The position numbers and the translations under genes were made by a program. Under the pieces are notes generated by a model. That model was not told the DNA's origin. It ran no database searches and saw nothing but the letters and a program-made list of their open reading frames with translations. From Patescibacteria group bacterium (GTDB lineage: Bacteria; Patescibacteriota; Gracilibacteria; UBA1369; GCA-2718715): a stretch of 64,000 nt of DNA. How positions within the stretch are numbered: position 1 is the first letter of the stretch; every line of letters starts with the position of its first letter. Shown in pieces: positions 36,498 through 46,312 of the stretch. Location of the stretch: NCBI GenBank assembly GCA_965660075.1, contig CBFHYO010000019.1, positions 2,433-66,432 on the forward strand, written 5' to 3'.

Positions 36498-38924
36498 CTA
36501 TTTGCCAAAAACCAAAACAAAATTAATCAAACCATCACGATCGATATCTACATCAAAAGCAAACTTGTTATTTGTAGAATCTAAAAGATTTTGATTTTCT
36601 GACAACTGAGTAAGAATACTATCCAAATCAGAAGCTTTAGAAATCAGGCTAAACAAGCGAGTAAAACCCATCTCAGCATTTACAGAATCAAAAATAGATT
36701 GATCTGAGATTGTAGTTCCAAACTGACCAGAATCCATCATAATTTGCAGCCATCTATCGGATACATCAGCTAAATCTGCATTGGTTCTTAAAGAAGAATT
36801 TAGCTTGACTAATTCATTTTCCAGGTCTGATTCAATGCCTGCAAAATCAAAACTAAATTGCTGAACAACATAATAATAATCATCATTATTTAAAACAGAA
36901 ATACCCACAGTATCCCATGAAGGATTTAAAATATTTGCTCTATGCGCAGCAGATCTCATTAAAGACCTATGAGCCCGCAAAGTAGACAAATCTTTTGCTA
37001 AATTCTCACCAACAGGAGTAGTTACCCCCTCTCGTAAACGTCTATCATTTGGAGTAAGACCATCTAGCGAAACATGCGCAAAATAATTTCTATCTATCAT
37101 ATCATTTCCATGCAACCGCGCTAAGCTAGATAAATCATTTTTTAAAATAACAGGGCCAAATCCATACTTACGTCTTTCATCATTCACTAATGCTAATGTA
37201 TAAGCTACTTGATCAGACTCATTAAAGACACCATCTTGCTCTGATTGAAAATCGTCAAAAAACTCAGCAACCAAAGGAAAAGTTGATACCATATAGATAG
37301 GATGATTTATAACTGCAAGACCAGCTGAGTTATTAATTTCAATTATATAAGTTCCTGCATCATTCAAAGTGAAATCGTAAGAGTAGCTATTACCAGATTT
37401 TTGTAAAGCTTGTCGATTTGTATCTACTAAACCATCGGGCTTAATAAAATACACAGTCAAACTTAAATCTATATCAGAATCGAAACTAACAGATAATTGA
37501 TCACCTGGAGTAAAAGTATTTGGCAAAGAAAGGTTTTGCAATTCAGAATCAATTTCTGAAAACCTATGAATAACACCATCAACTTTTTGATCAAATAGCT
37601 TCAAAGATTGTGAAACGTTTAACACACCATTTTCCACCTCGTAACTCTGATATTTAACATTAACATCGAACTCACCTTCTGAAAAAGAGTCAAAATCAGC
37701 ATAATCAATTCGCATAAAATCAAGATTTTGACGAGTAATTAAATCACGAGATTTACTATTTTGACTTACTTCTAATGTTTTAAAAGCCTTTGCATCAGGC
37801 AAGAAAACTCCAGGTTTATTATTTCTATAGCCTAAATTAACAGCATTTGTAACATCGGGCTTAGCAATAGAACTATTTCCAGGAGGCAACTTAGAAATAA
37901 CCGAGATAGGAAAAACCTTAGTCTTACCAGAATTACCAGCTATAAATCCCAATTTATAATCACCATCATTTTTAAACAAAACATCTACAGAAAAACGACC
38001 ATCATTAATTTTTGCAATAAAGTTTTTATTACCAGTGTCTTCTACTAAAACAGCAAAAGCAAAATTAAAATCTTCACTTAATTCTCCTTCAAATCTATAA
38101 ATTTCATTCTCAACAAAAACCTGAGGCAAATCATTATCAAATGTAAAATTATCATAAGCGTCCAATTCTATTACAGAATCAAAATCTGTAATTGAAACCA
38201 TTTCAGGTTCTTGTATCAAAAGATCATTATCATCTGTAGTCAAATCATTATTTTCAGGCTCGAGATTAGTAGGTTGAGCGTCATTAGCTTCGTCCTGTGT
38301 GTTAGAATTATTAGAAGAGTCATCTACAACAGTTTCATTTAATTGCAAACTGCGAGCATACATTTCCGAAAACTCAGCACGTGTAATAAACTTAGCGGGA
38401 TTTAAAAGTGATTCAAAGGGCAACACTCCAATAGTTTTACTTACATTTGCATATGAATAAAACCAATCATCAATTTTAACATCTGTAAAAACACTATTTA
38501 AATTTTGATCTAAGTCAAAATTTTCGGCTTCTGCCATTATTTTAATAGCTTCAGCTCTTGAAATATCACGTGATGGCTTAAACGTGCCATCTACATAACC
38601 CTGAACCAACCCAGAAGCTTTAGCTGCACATACATATTCTGCATACCATTGAGTTGGATCTAAATCCGGAAAACAATTTCGTGCTGCAACAGGATCGATA
38701 TTAGAACTCAACACAACAATTTTAGCTAATTCAGCTCGTTTTAACGTGTTATTGGGTCTAAAAGTACCATCACTATACCCATTAATAACATTATTTTCTT
38801 TTAAGTATTTAATAGAATCGAAAAATTTATAAGAAGAAGATATATCCAAAAAAACAGAATCATTAGCCAAAGCTACCAAAGAAAATAGAAAACAAGACAA
38901 TAAAGAAACTCCAAGTTTTTTCAC
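36498..38924 (-). CDS. Secreted protein with three SLH domains and a C-terminal CAP/SCP (YkwD-like) domain
   Basis: 808 aa with a GTG start and a signal peptide (MKKLGVSLLSCFLFSLVALA). Three SLH-like repeats (GYSDGTFRPNNTLKRAELAKIV; GYVDGTFKPSRDISRAEAIKIM; ...FITRAEFSEMYAR). CAP motifs (VNDERRKYGF...LARLHGNDM...YFAHV...GENL...HRANILNPSWDTVGISV). Confidence 0.7.
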   Translation of the reverse strand: MKKLGVSLLSCFLFSLVALANDSVFLDISSSYKFFDSIKYLKENNVINGYSDGTFRPNNTLKRAELAKIVVLSSNIDPVAARNCFPDLDPTQWYAEYVCAAKASGLVQGYVDGTFKPSRDISRAEAIKIMAEAENFDLDQNLNSVFTDVKIDDWFYSYANVSKTIGVLPFESLLNPAKFITRAEFSEMYARSLQLNETVVDDSSNNSNTQDEANDAQPTNLEPENNDLTTDDNDLLIQEPEMVSITDFDSVIELDAYDNFTFDNDLPQVFVENEIYRFEGELSEDFNFAFAVLVEDTGNKNFIAKINDGRFSVDVLFKNDGDYKLGFIAGNSGKTKVFPISVISKLPPGNSSIAKPDVTNAVNLGYRNNKPGVFLPDAKAFKTLEVSQNSKSRDLITRQNLDFMRIDYADFDSFSEGEFDVNVKYQSYEVENGVLNVSQSLKLFDQKVDGVIHRFSEIDSELQNLSLPNTFTPGDQLSVSFDSDIDLSLTVYFIKPDGLVDTNRQALQKSGNSYSYDFTLNDAGTYIIEINNSAGLAVINHPIYMVSTFPLVAEFFDDFQSEQDGVFNESDQVAYTLALVNDERRKYGFGPVILKNDLSSLARLHGNDMIDRNYFAHVSLDGLTPNDRRLREGVTTPVGENLAKDLSTLRAHRSLMRSAAHRANILNPSWDTVGISVLNNDDYYYVVQQFSFDFAGIESDLENELVKLNSSLRTNADLADVSDRWLQIMMDSGQFGTTISDQSIFDSVNAEMGFTRLFSLISKASDLDSILTQLSENQNLLDSTNNKFAFDVDIDRDGLINFVLVFGK

Positions 38925-39006
38925 AAATAAAAGATTAAATTTACCTAATTATAAACTTGTACCCAAAATACCTCAATGTTAAAATACTAATAAATAACTC
39001 CCAAAA

Positions 39007-39762
39007 ATGATCACTAATATTTTAAAAAGTAGTACAATAAATTTAAAAAAAATATATTTATTTGCACTTCCAATAACAATTTTAAAATTAATCCCGTTTG
39101 AACTAACTGAGCAAAGCGGTATTTGGGCTTTTTTGATAAGTATATTGCTATTTATCGTTGGAATATTTGCAGAATATTACAAAAACTTTTTAAGCCTTAG
39201 AAGCACCAAAAAAGAATTAAAAATTAATTCAATTAAAAAGGAGTTCAAAGTAAAATTCAAAAGATGGATACTAAGCGGGCTAAGAGTGCTATTTGAAATA
39301 TTAAAAAAATTGATTCCAACAATTATTCTATTTGCAGTAGCAGGAGAAATGTTCAATCAAGATTATCATATATTAACAAATATAATTGGATTAATACTGA
39401 TATCTGGCGGGGCATATTTTCTAGTTAAATTAATAAATGTATTTATCGAATTATCAATGACTGGATTAATAGCTCTGGATAAAAAACAAAGTTCAAAAGA
39501 AATTCTAGAATCTTCAAGAAATATTACAAAAAACAACAAAACTTTCTTAATAAAAATTGGTATAGTAACTGCAGCAATTGCAATACTTATTTCTGTCAGC
39601 TCGTGGATGCTCATATTTAATTATATTCTAGGCTTAAATAAAATTAACACACTAAATATAACAACTTCAGTTGGAATACTAATTTACTTACTTGTAGATA
39701 ATATAGCTACAAGTTTTGCACTTAACGTACATGGTCAAACATATAAATCTATTAAAAAATGA
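39007..39762 (+). CDS. Hypothetical polytopic membrane protein
   Basis: 251 aa with several hydrophobic helices. Its stop overlaps the pgk start (ATGA). Confidence 0.45.
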   Translation: MITNILKSSTINLKKIYLFALPITILKLIPFELTEQSGIWAFLISILLFIVGIFAEYYKNFLSLRSTKKELKINSIKKEFKVKFKRWILSGLRVLFEILKKLIPTIILFAVAGEMFNQDYHILTNIIGLILISGGAYFLVKLINVFIELSMTGLIALDKKQSSKEILESSRNITKNNKTFLIKIGIVTAAIAILISVSSWMLIFNYILGLNKINTLNITTSVGILIYLLVDNIATSFALNVHGQTYKSIKK

Positions 39763-40883
39763 AAACATTATTAAGATTAGATTTAAACGTTCCAATTAAA
39801 AATGGACAAGTTAAAGACACCTCAAGAATAGAAAATTACACAACCTACATTCAAGATTTACTAAAAAACAACAATAAAGTAACTATAATAACTCATTTAG
39901 GAAGACCGAAAAACAAAGAACCAGAATATTCTACAAAAAACCTAATCCCAGAACTAGAAAAAATCTGGAACGTAAAAATAGTATTTATTGATTCATACGA
40001 TCCTCAAGTAATAAACATGAACTTATCAAAACTAGGCACACACGAAATTTTATTACTTGAAAACACGCGATTTTTTGAATTTGAAAAAGCAAACGACACC
40101 AAAGAAGCAAAAAAAATAGCAAGTGCCTTTGATAACTTTATTTTTGATGCATTCTCCACTTCTCACAGAAAACATTTAAGTACAAATGCTATAGTAAAAT
40201 TTCTCCCATCTACACTTGGCAAAACCTGCAAAGAAGAAATCAACAACTTAAACCAAGCTTTAAACACAAATAAACCTCTTATAATCATGGGAGGTGCAAA
40301 AGCACAAACAAAACTTGAGCTGATAGAAACCTTCTTAAAATCTGCCTCATACATTCTAGTTGGTGGTGTTTTGGCAAATACTTTTTTGAAAGCGCAAGGT
40401 TTTAACATCCAAAAATCTTTATACGAAGAAAATTTAATCAAATTTTGTCAAAATATCTTACAAAATCCAAATAGTAAAAAAATAATATTACCATTTGATT
40501 TTTTAGTCACTAAGGATTTAGATTCAGTTGATTATCGTGAAACAGAAATATTAAAATCGGATGAGAAAATTGCAGATATTGGCCCAAAAACAACAAAAAG
40601 ATTCATTGAATTAATAACACAATCAGAAAGTATCATTTTCAATGGGCCATTGGGTTATATAGAAAACATTAACTTTGTCAGCCACTCAAAACAAATTCTC
40701 GAAACAGTATCAAAAAGTAAACACAGTTTTTTAGGTGGAGGTGACACACTAAAACTATTAAATTTAACTGATAAAACAAAAACAGACTTTAGCTTTGTAT
40801 CCATGGCTGGTGGAGCAATGCTCGAATACTTAGCAAAAAACGGAAACCTGGAAGTGATTGAAGAAATTAAAAATTCTATTTAA
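39759..40883 (+). CDS. pgk: Phosphoglycerate kinase
   Basis: 374 aa. RLDLNVP, THLGRP, IMGGAKAQTK, GGGDT. Confidence 0.9.
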   Translation: MKTLLRLDLNVPIKNGQVKDTSRIENYTTYIQDLLKNNNKVTIITHLGRPKNKEPEYSTKNLIPELEKIWNVKIVFIDSYDPQVINMNLSKLGTHEILLLENTRFFEFEKANDTKEAKKIASAFDNFIFDAFSTSHRKHLSTNAIVKFLPSTLGKTCKEEINNLNQALNTNKPLIIMGGAKAQTKLELIETFLKSASYILVGGVLANTFLKAQGFNIQKSLYEENLIKFCQNILQNPNSKKIILPFDFLVTKDLDSVDYRETEILKSDEKIADIGPKTTKRFIELITQSESIIFNGPLGYIENINFVSHSKQILETVSKSKHSFLGGGDTLKLLNLTDKTKTDFSFVSMAGGAMLEYLAKNGNLEVIEEIKNSI

Positions 40884-40922
40884 ATTCATCACCTTGAAAA
40901 TTTGCTATAAATTTACCTCAGC

Positions 40923-40947
40923 AAACTCCTACAAATTAGGAGTTTTT
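40923..40947 (+). terminator. Weak hairpin/terminator candidate downstream of pgk
   Basis: AAACTCCT-acaaatt-AGGAGTTT followed by TT. It overlaps the stop codon of the convergent 840-aa ORF. Confidence 0.35.
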
Positions 40948-43458
40948 AAAATCGAAACCAATTCTTTGCCCAACTTCTTTTTCTACAAATTTACGAGCAC
41001 GTGCAAATCTCATACTTGAGTATTTCTTTAAGTAACCGGCCAGTTTTTCATTACGACCAGTTTGATCATATAAAGTCTCAACCGAAAATGGACGTGAGGT
41101 AGTATTGTTAATATTAAGTTTGATATAAGCTTTATAGTTTGCCACATTGATAATATCTTGCTCTGTTAACACAGGTGAATACTCCTCTGCCAGAACTTTA
41201 GCATCTTCGGCACCAACTTTAAAACTCATCATAGAACCAACGTTACCAAACACAGCATCTTTAATAGCACTACTAGTGGAACCAAATTTAGTCGTCACTA
41301 ATTGATTAATATACTGATGGGCCATTGTTAAACATAATTTATACTTACGAGCCTCGGATAAGATTGTAGCAAAAGAATCTGTTGCAAAGTTCTGAAATTC
41401 ATCCACATACAAATAAAACGGTAAACGATCCTTCTCGTCCATATCGGCTCTACCCATCGCAGCCATTTGTATTTTAGAAACAATCACAAGCCCCAGCAAT
41501 TGAGTATTAAGATCACCAATTTTACCCTTTGAAAGGTTTATCAAAAGAATTTTTTCAGAATCCATAGCCTCACGAATATTGAATGCAGATTTAACTTGCC
41601 CAATAGTGTTACGCATGACTGTGTTGGTAATAAAAGGACCAAACTTAGAACTAAAATAAGGAATCATCTCTTGTCTTTCACGCTGACCAGTATTTGCATA
41701 TTCATGATCCCAGAAAGACCTTACAACAGGATTGTTACACTTAGACACTTTATACTTCATAAAAGCATCGTCGGTAAAAATACGTGGAACATCTATTAAA
41801 GTAGCTCCTTCATCTGGATCTTCCATTAATGTAAGACAAGCATTTCTAAAATAGTGCTGAATACGAGGACCAAAAATTTCATCTCCAAACAGCTTAATAA
41901 AAATTTCGGTTGCTTGACTTGAAACCATATCTGCTTCTTGAGGGTTTTTAGCATCTAAAATGTTCAATCCCATTGGTCTATCTAAATTAGATGGATCAAA
42001 AACAATAACATCTTTGGCTCGATGTTTTGGTATGTATGCCAAAACATCTTCGACCAAATCACCGTGAGGATCAACGACACATAAACCACGATTTTTTTGA
42101 GCATCCTGTCGAGCAAGAAAACTAATAAAGTTAGATTTACCCGCACCAGTTTTACCAATGATATAAAAATGTCTAGTACGATCTTTCGGAAGCATATGAA
42201 TCTTTGTACGCACTCCACGATAGACATTATCGCCTATATATAAACCTTCATGCGGAGCATCTGGTGGGCAAGGTACTACCTTATATTTTAACCACTTGAT
42301 ACTCGGAGATGCGTTATAGTTGGAATCTGGAAAATGCAATACATTCGCTAATTCATCTGGAACTAAGATAGAAATTTTTTCACCAAAATTAAAATAACGA
42401 CCAAAATAATTTTTAATCATTATATAATTATTTATAAAATCAATTGGAATAATTCTTCGCATCTGAAACCAATTTGAAGCAGCATCTTTAAATACATTAA
42501 AACCAACAAAAACACCATTTAGAATTTCTATTGATCTCTTTTTAGTTTTAGCTGTCGCATAAAGTCTTATAACAGTTTCGTATCCTAATTGAGTAGATTT
42601 AATACCTACATTTTTAGCAGTTTCTTCATTAGCTTGAAGCATACGGACATAAGAATCACCAGATTTTGCACCAGGGGCATTTGTGTTTGCATCTTGCAAA
42701 TCAGAGCCTTCGTAACCTGTAAAAATAGCACCAATTAAATCAAAGAAAAAAGTAAAAATCCTTGGAAACTTATGCTTCTTATCTGGAGATTTACCTTTAA
42801 ATAGCTCCGTACCAAAATCATTAGCCTTATCTTGCCATCTTGGACCAATAGGACGCAAAGAAAGAGACACCATAGCGATTTCGTCGTCTTTCATTTTAGA
42901 AAATACATTTGTCAAAACATTCAATGGATCGTTCTCTATTTCCTTGTACATTTTAATAGGATACCAATTAATACGTTCTAAAAACGCATAATACGAACGA
43001 GTTTTATAACCTTTACGAGTTAAAGGCTCAGGTTTAAACACATCAATAGCAGCATTAGGATAATAGGTAGTAACTTGTTTTTCTAACAAATCTTTATATT
43101 CAGCAAAAGTAGAAACTCTAAATTCTATAACAGAATGCTTACATATGATATCAAAATTAATAATTGGCAAATTATATAACCAAACACGAACCTGGTTACC
43201 TAAATCAAGCTCTCTGATTTCATGTAAAGAACGATACAATTGGCTCATCACCCCAATTTTTTCTTTGAAGTCTTTTTCAACTTTTTTTTGCTTATCTTTC
43301 TCTGTATCTTCACGCGGGATTAAGACAGAAAAATACACAACGTCCTTCTTTTTAACAGATGCCATTAAGAAATGTAAAAAATGCCTTATTACACTTTGAA
43401 AGGCAAAAAGAAAAACAAAAAGAAGAAATAAAAATATAAAGACTTTCAGATAAAACAT
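40936..43458 (-). CDS. TraD/TrwB/VirD4-like coupling-protein-family P-loop ATPase with a novel N-terminal half
   Basis: 840 aa. N-terminal TM, then about 400 aa without a recognisable motif. Then Walker A IIGKTGAGKS, Walker B-like FYLYVDEFQNF, and LTMAHQYINQL. Confidence 0.65.
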   Translation of the reverse strand: MFYLKVFIFLFLLFVFLFAFQSVIRHFLHFLMASVKKKDVVYFSVLIPREDTEKDKQKKVEKDFKEKIGVMSQLYRSLHEIRELDLGNQVRVWLYNLPIINFDIICKHSVIEFRVSTFAEYKDLLEKQVTTYYPNAAIDVFKPEPLTRKGYKTRSYYAFLERINWYPIKMYKEIENDPLNVLTNVFSKMKDDEIAMVSLSLRPIGPRWQDKANDFGTELFKGKSPDKKHKFPRIFTFFFDLIGAIFTGYEGSDLQDANTNAPGAKSGDSYVRMLQANEETAKNVGIKSTQLGYETVIRLYATAKTKKRSIEILNGVFVGFNVFKDAASNWFQMRRIIPIDFINNYIMIKNYFGRYFNFGEKISILVPDELANVLHFPDSNYNASPSIKWLKYKVVPCPPDAPHEGLYIGDNVYRGVRTKIHMLPKDRTRHFYIIGKTGAGKSNFISFLARQDAQKNRGLCVVDPHGDLVEDVLAYIPKHRAKDVIVFDPSNLDRPMGLNILDAKNPQEADMVSSQATEIFIKLFGDEIFGPRIQHYFRNACLTLMEDPDEGATLIDVPRIFTDDAFMKYKVSKCNNPVVRSFWDHEYANTGQRERQEMIPYFSSKFGPFITNTVMRNTIGQVKSAFNIREAMDSEKILLINLSKGKIGDLNTQLLGLVIVSKIQMAAMGRADMDEKDRLPFYLYVDEFQNFATDSFATILSEARKYKLCLTMAHQYINQLVTTKFGSTSSAIKDAVFGNVGSMMSFKVGAEDAKVLAEEYSPVLTEQDIINVANYKAYIKLNINNTTSRPFSVETLYDQTGRNEKLAGYLKKYSSMRFARARKFVEKEVGQRIGFDFKNS

Positions 43459-43512
43459 AAAGGGTGCTTAAATCAATACAATTTTAACACCCTTTAATTT
43501 GTATACGAAATA

Positions 43513-44889
43513 TTATATCCGAGAAGAAAAATAATTTTCCAACTCGTCAATAGAAACTCTATCTTGCTCTAATGTATCTCGATTTCTGATAGTTACACAA
43601 TTATCATCTAACGAGTCAAAATCAACTGTAAGACAATATGGAGTACCTATTTCGTCTTGTTTACGATAACGTTTACCAATAGAACCTGTTTCAGAATATT
43701 CAACATTAAATTTAGACGCAAACATACTCACAATTTCTTGTGCTTTATTTTGCAATGGTTCTTTTTTAACCAATGGGAATACAGCAAGTTTTACTGGAGC
43801 AATTTTTGGATCCAACTGTAAAAAAACACGAGAAGAACCATCGACAGTTTCTTCACGATAAGAATCCATTAATAAAATGGTAACAAAACGAGACAAACCA
43901 AAAGTAGGTTCGATTACGTGCGGAGTAACTTTTTTACCATCAGGATAAGTATAATCAAGTTTTTGTTTAGATTTTTCGGCATGTGTTTTTAAATCAAAAT
44001 CTGTGCGATATGCACATGCAAACATCTCCTTGAAACCCCATGGGAATTTGTATTCTAAATCAACTGTACGTTTTGAATAATGTGACAATTCAAAATCTTC
44101 ATGTTCACGAAAGCGAAGATTGTCAGAATTTAGACCACATTCTAAGGCAAATTGGTAAACTTCTGATTTCCAATATTCAAATAACTCATTCCATTCATTA
44201 GATTCTGGATCGAAAAAGTACTCAAATTCCATCAAATCGAATTCCAAAGTTCTAAAAGTAAATTGACCTTTTGTTATCTCATTTCTGTAAGCCTTGCCAG
44301 CTTGCCCAATACCAAAAGGTAATTTAGGACTCATTGAATCAACAATATTTTTATAATTTAAAAATATACCCTGTGCAATCTCCCCTCTCAAAAAGGCTCG
44401 ATTACCCTCTCCCTCAATTATACCAATTTCAGTTTCAAACAAGAGATTGAATTTTTTGGCAGTAGATAACTCGTTACCATCAGGACTCTTAATACCCTCA
44501 GTTTCGATAATTTGTTGCAAGTCTTCTGCAGACATACCATCTACAACCTTTTCTTGACCAAGAGCAGCAAAATGTTCTTCGATTAAATGGTCTGCACGGA
44601 AACGTTTATGCGTAATTAAATCTTCTACCATTACATCGGCAAATGTCGCAACATGGCCAGAAGCCTCCCAAACCTTTGGATTTAAAATAACAGAACTTTC
44701 AATACGATATAAATCTTGACGCGATTCAAAGAATTTTTTAAACCATAAAGATTTAATATTGTCTTTTAACAAAGAACCATAATGTCCATAATCATAAGTA
44801 TTAGCCAAACCTCCATAAATTTCACAACTAGGAAAAACAAAACCACGACGTTTTGATAGAGAGACAATATTTTGTAATAAATCAGACAT
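43513..44889 (-). CDS. glyQS: Glycine--tRNA ligase (dimeric GlyQS type)
   Basis: 458 aa. RRGFVFPSCEIYGG, FRNEITKGQFTFRTLEFDLMEFEYF-type class II motifs, and a C-terminal anticodon-binding domain. Confidence 0.9.
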   Translation of the reverse strand: MSDLLQNIVSLSKRRGFVFPSCEIYGGLANTYDYGHYGSLLKDNIKSLWFKKFFESRQDLYRIESSVILNPKVWEASGHVATFADVMVEDLITHKRFRADHLIEEHFAALGQEKVVDGMSAEDLQQIIETEGIKSPDGNELSTAKKFNLLFETEIGIIEGEGNRAFLRGEIAQGIFLNYKNIVDSMSPKLPFGIGQAGKAYRNEITKGQFTFRTLEFDLMEFEYFFDPESNEWNELFEYWKSEVYQFALECGLNSDNLRFREHEDFELSHYSKRTVDLEYKFPWGFKEMFACAYRTDFDLKTHAEKSKQKLDYTYPDGKKVTPHVIEPTFGLSRFVTILLMDSYREETVDGSSRVFLQLDPKIAPVKLAVFPLVKKEPLQNKAQEIVSMFASKFNVEYSETGSIGKRYRKQDEIGTPYCLTVDFDSLDDNCVTIRNRDTLEQDRVSIDELENYFSSRI

Positions 44890-44909
44890 TATATAAAAAA
44901 TTAATTTAA

Positions 44910-45239
44910 TTAAGCTTGTGGAGCTTGACCATTTTGTTGTGCTTGCATTTGAGCTTGAGCTTCTTTTAACTTATTACGGAAATCCAATAAAGAATTTTGT
45001 AATACAGATAAGAATTGTTCAGCAGAACGATGATTCATATTTACACGAGATGTAATCATAATTTCATGTGGTTCTTTAGTATTTGGAACAGAGTAACCAA
45101 AATCTAATACAACCTCGTTAGCATTAATGTGAACACTTACTGCATTAGCGTAAGCACCAACTTTAGATTGTTCGTCAGAAAAAACAACTTTAATATTTTG
45201 ATCTTGAGGATTAACTCCTTGTGGATTTTGAGCATTCAT
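44910..45239 (-). CDS. Small conserved protein, DUF3467-like
   Basis: 109 aa. YANAVSVHINANEVVLDFG...ITSRVNMNHRSAEQF resembles DUF3467 as I remember it. Confidence 0.45.
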   Translation of the reverse strand: MNAQNPQGVNPQDQNIKVVFSDEQSKVGAYANAVSVHINANEVVLDFGYSVPNTKEPHEIMITSRVNMNHRSAEQFLSVLQNSLLDFRNKLKEAQAQMQAQQNGQAPQA

Positions 45240-45319
45240 AATTTGAAAGTTAATGAAATATTTTTTTTCGAAGTTATTCTTGCAACTTTTTAATGCTTAT
45301 GCAAGACAAAACAGGATTA

Positions 45320-46279
45320 TTAGTACCCGCTAATTACAACATCATCCGATAACAAGCCTTGGATATAATTAAAAGCTTGAACAGAAGCATATACACCTTC
45401 GGCAGCACCAATTATCGCCTGCTTAAAGTGTGCATCTGTCACATCGCCAGCTGCATACAACCCAGGAATATTAGTTTCTGCTTCACGATTGATTATAACT
45501 TCGTTACGAGCATTTAGTTCTGCGCCCAATTGCTCTGCTAATTCAGATTTTGTGTTCCATCCAATGGCAACAAAAACACCATCCATTTGCATCTCAGAAC
45601 CGTCTTTTAATTTAACAGATGTAACATTTTCATCTCCTAAAACACTTTCTAATTCGGTATTATAAAGAATTTCAATTTTTGGATTATCTTCGATTCTTTT
45701 TCTATTAACAGGTTCTGCACGCATAAAATCTTTTCTAACCATTACATAAACCTTTTTACATTGCTGAGCCAAGATATTAGCATCTATAGCTGCAGTATCG
45801 CCGCCTCCAACTACACAAACAGTTTTCTCTTTGAAAAAATTTGCATCACAAAGCGCACAGTAAGAAACACCCTTGTTTTTAAATTCTTCCTCACCAGCAA
45901 TACCTAAATGCTTATGCTCTGTACCAGTAGCAAGCACCAAAGTAGCGCAATAGTATTCAGCAGATTTTGTAGTAACAACAAAACCATCCATACCTTTAAA
46001 TTCGTTATCTGTTTCGAGTTTTACACGCTTAGCAGAAATGATTTTTTCATATTTGTATTCAGCACCAGTTTCACGAGCATGCTCCATAAATTCCATACCC
46101 ATTTTAGGACCAGAAATAGATTTAATCCCAGGATAATTCTCTACCAAATGAGTAGTAGTAATCAAACCACCAGGCTGTTCGGCAAAAACTAAAGTTGGCA
46201 AATTAAAACGAGCTGCGTACATTGCTGCAGCCGAGCCAGAAACTCCGCCACCTACAACAATTATTGGATAAAAATTCAT
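45320..46279 (-). CDS. trxB: Thioredoxin-disulfide reductase
   Basis: 319 aa. GGGVSGSAAA (FAD), redox CALC, GGGDTAA (NADPH), AAGDV. Confidence 0.85.
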   Translation of the reverse strand: MNFYPIIVVGGGVSGSAAAMYAARFNLPTLVFAEQPGGLITTTHLVENYPGIKSISGPKMGMEFMEHARETGAEYKYEKIISAKRVKLETDNEFKGMDGFVVTTKSAEYYCATLVLATGTEHKHLGIAGEEEFKNKGVSYCALCDANFFKEKTVCVVGGGDTAAIDANILAQQCKKVYVMVRKDFMRAEPVNRKRIEDNPKIEILYNTELESVLGDENVTSVKLKDGSEMQMDGVFVAIGWNTKSELAEQLGAELNARNEVIINREAETNIPGLYAAGDVTDAHFKQAIIGAAEGVYASVQAFNYIQGLLSDDVVISGY

Positions 46280-46312
46280 AGTTTAAAAATTAATTTATAG
46301 TGTATTATATTT

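Noticed and set aside
45278-45306. Inverted repeat TCTTGCA-N15-TGCAAGA downstream of trxB
   Set aside because: It has a 7-bp AT-rich stem, a large loop, and no U-tract in the trxB transcript orientation. It is too weak to call a terminator or regulatory element.
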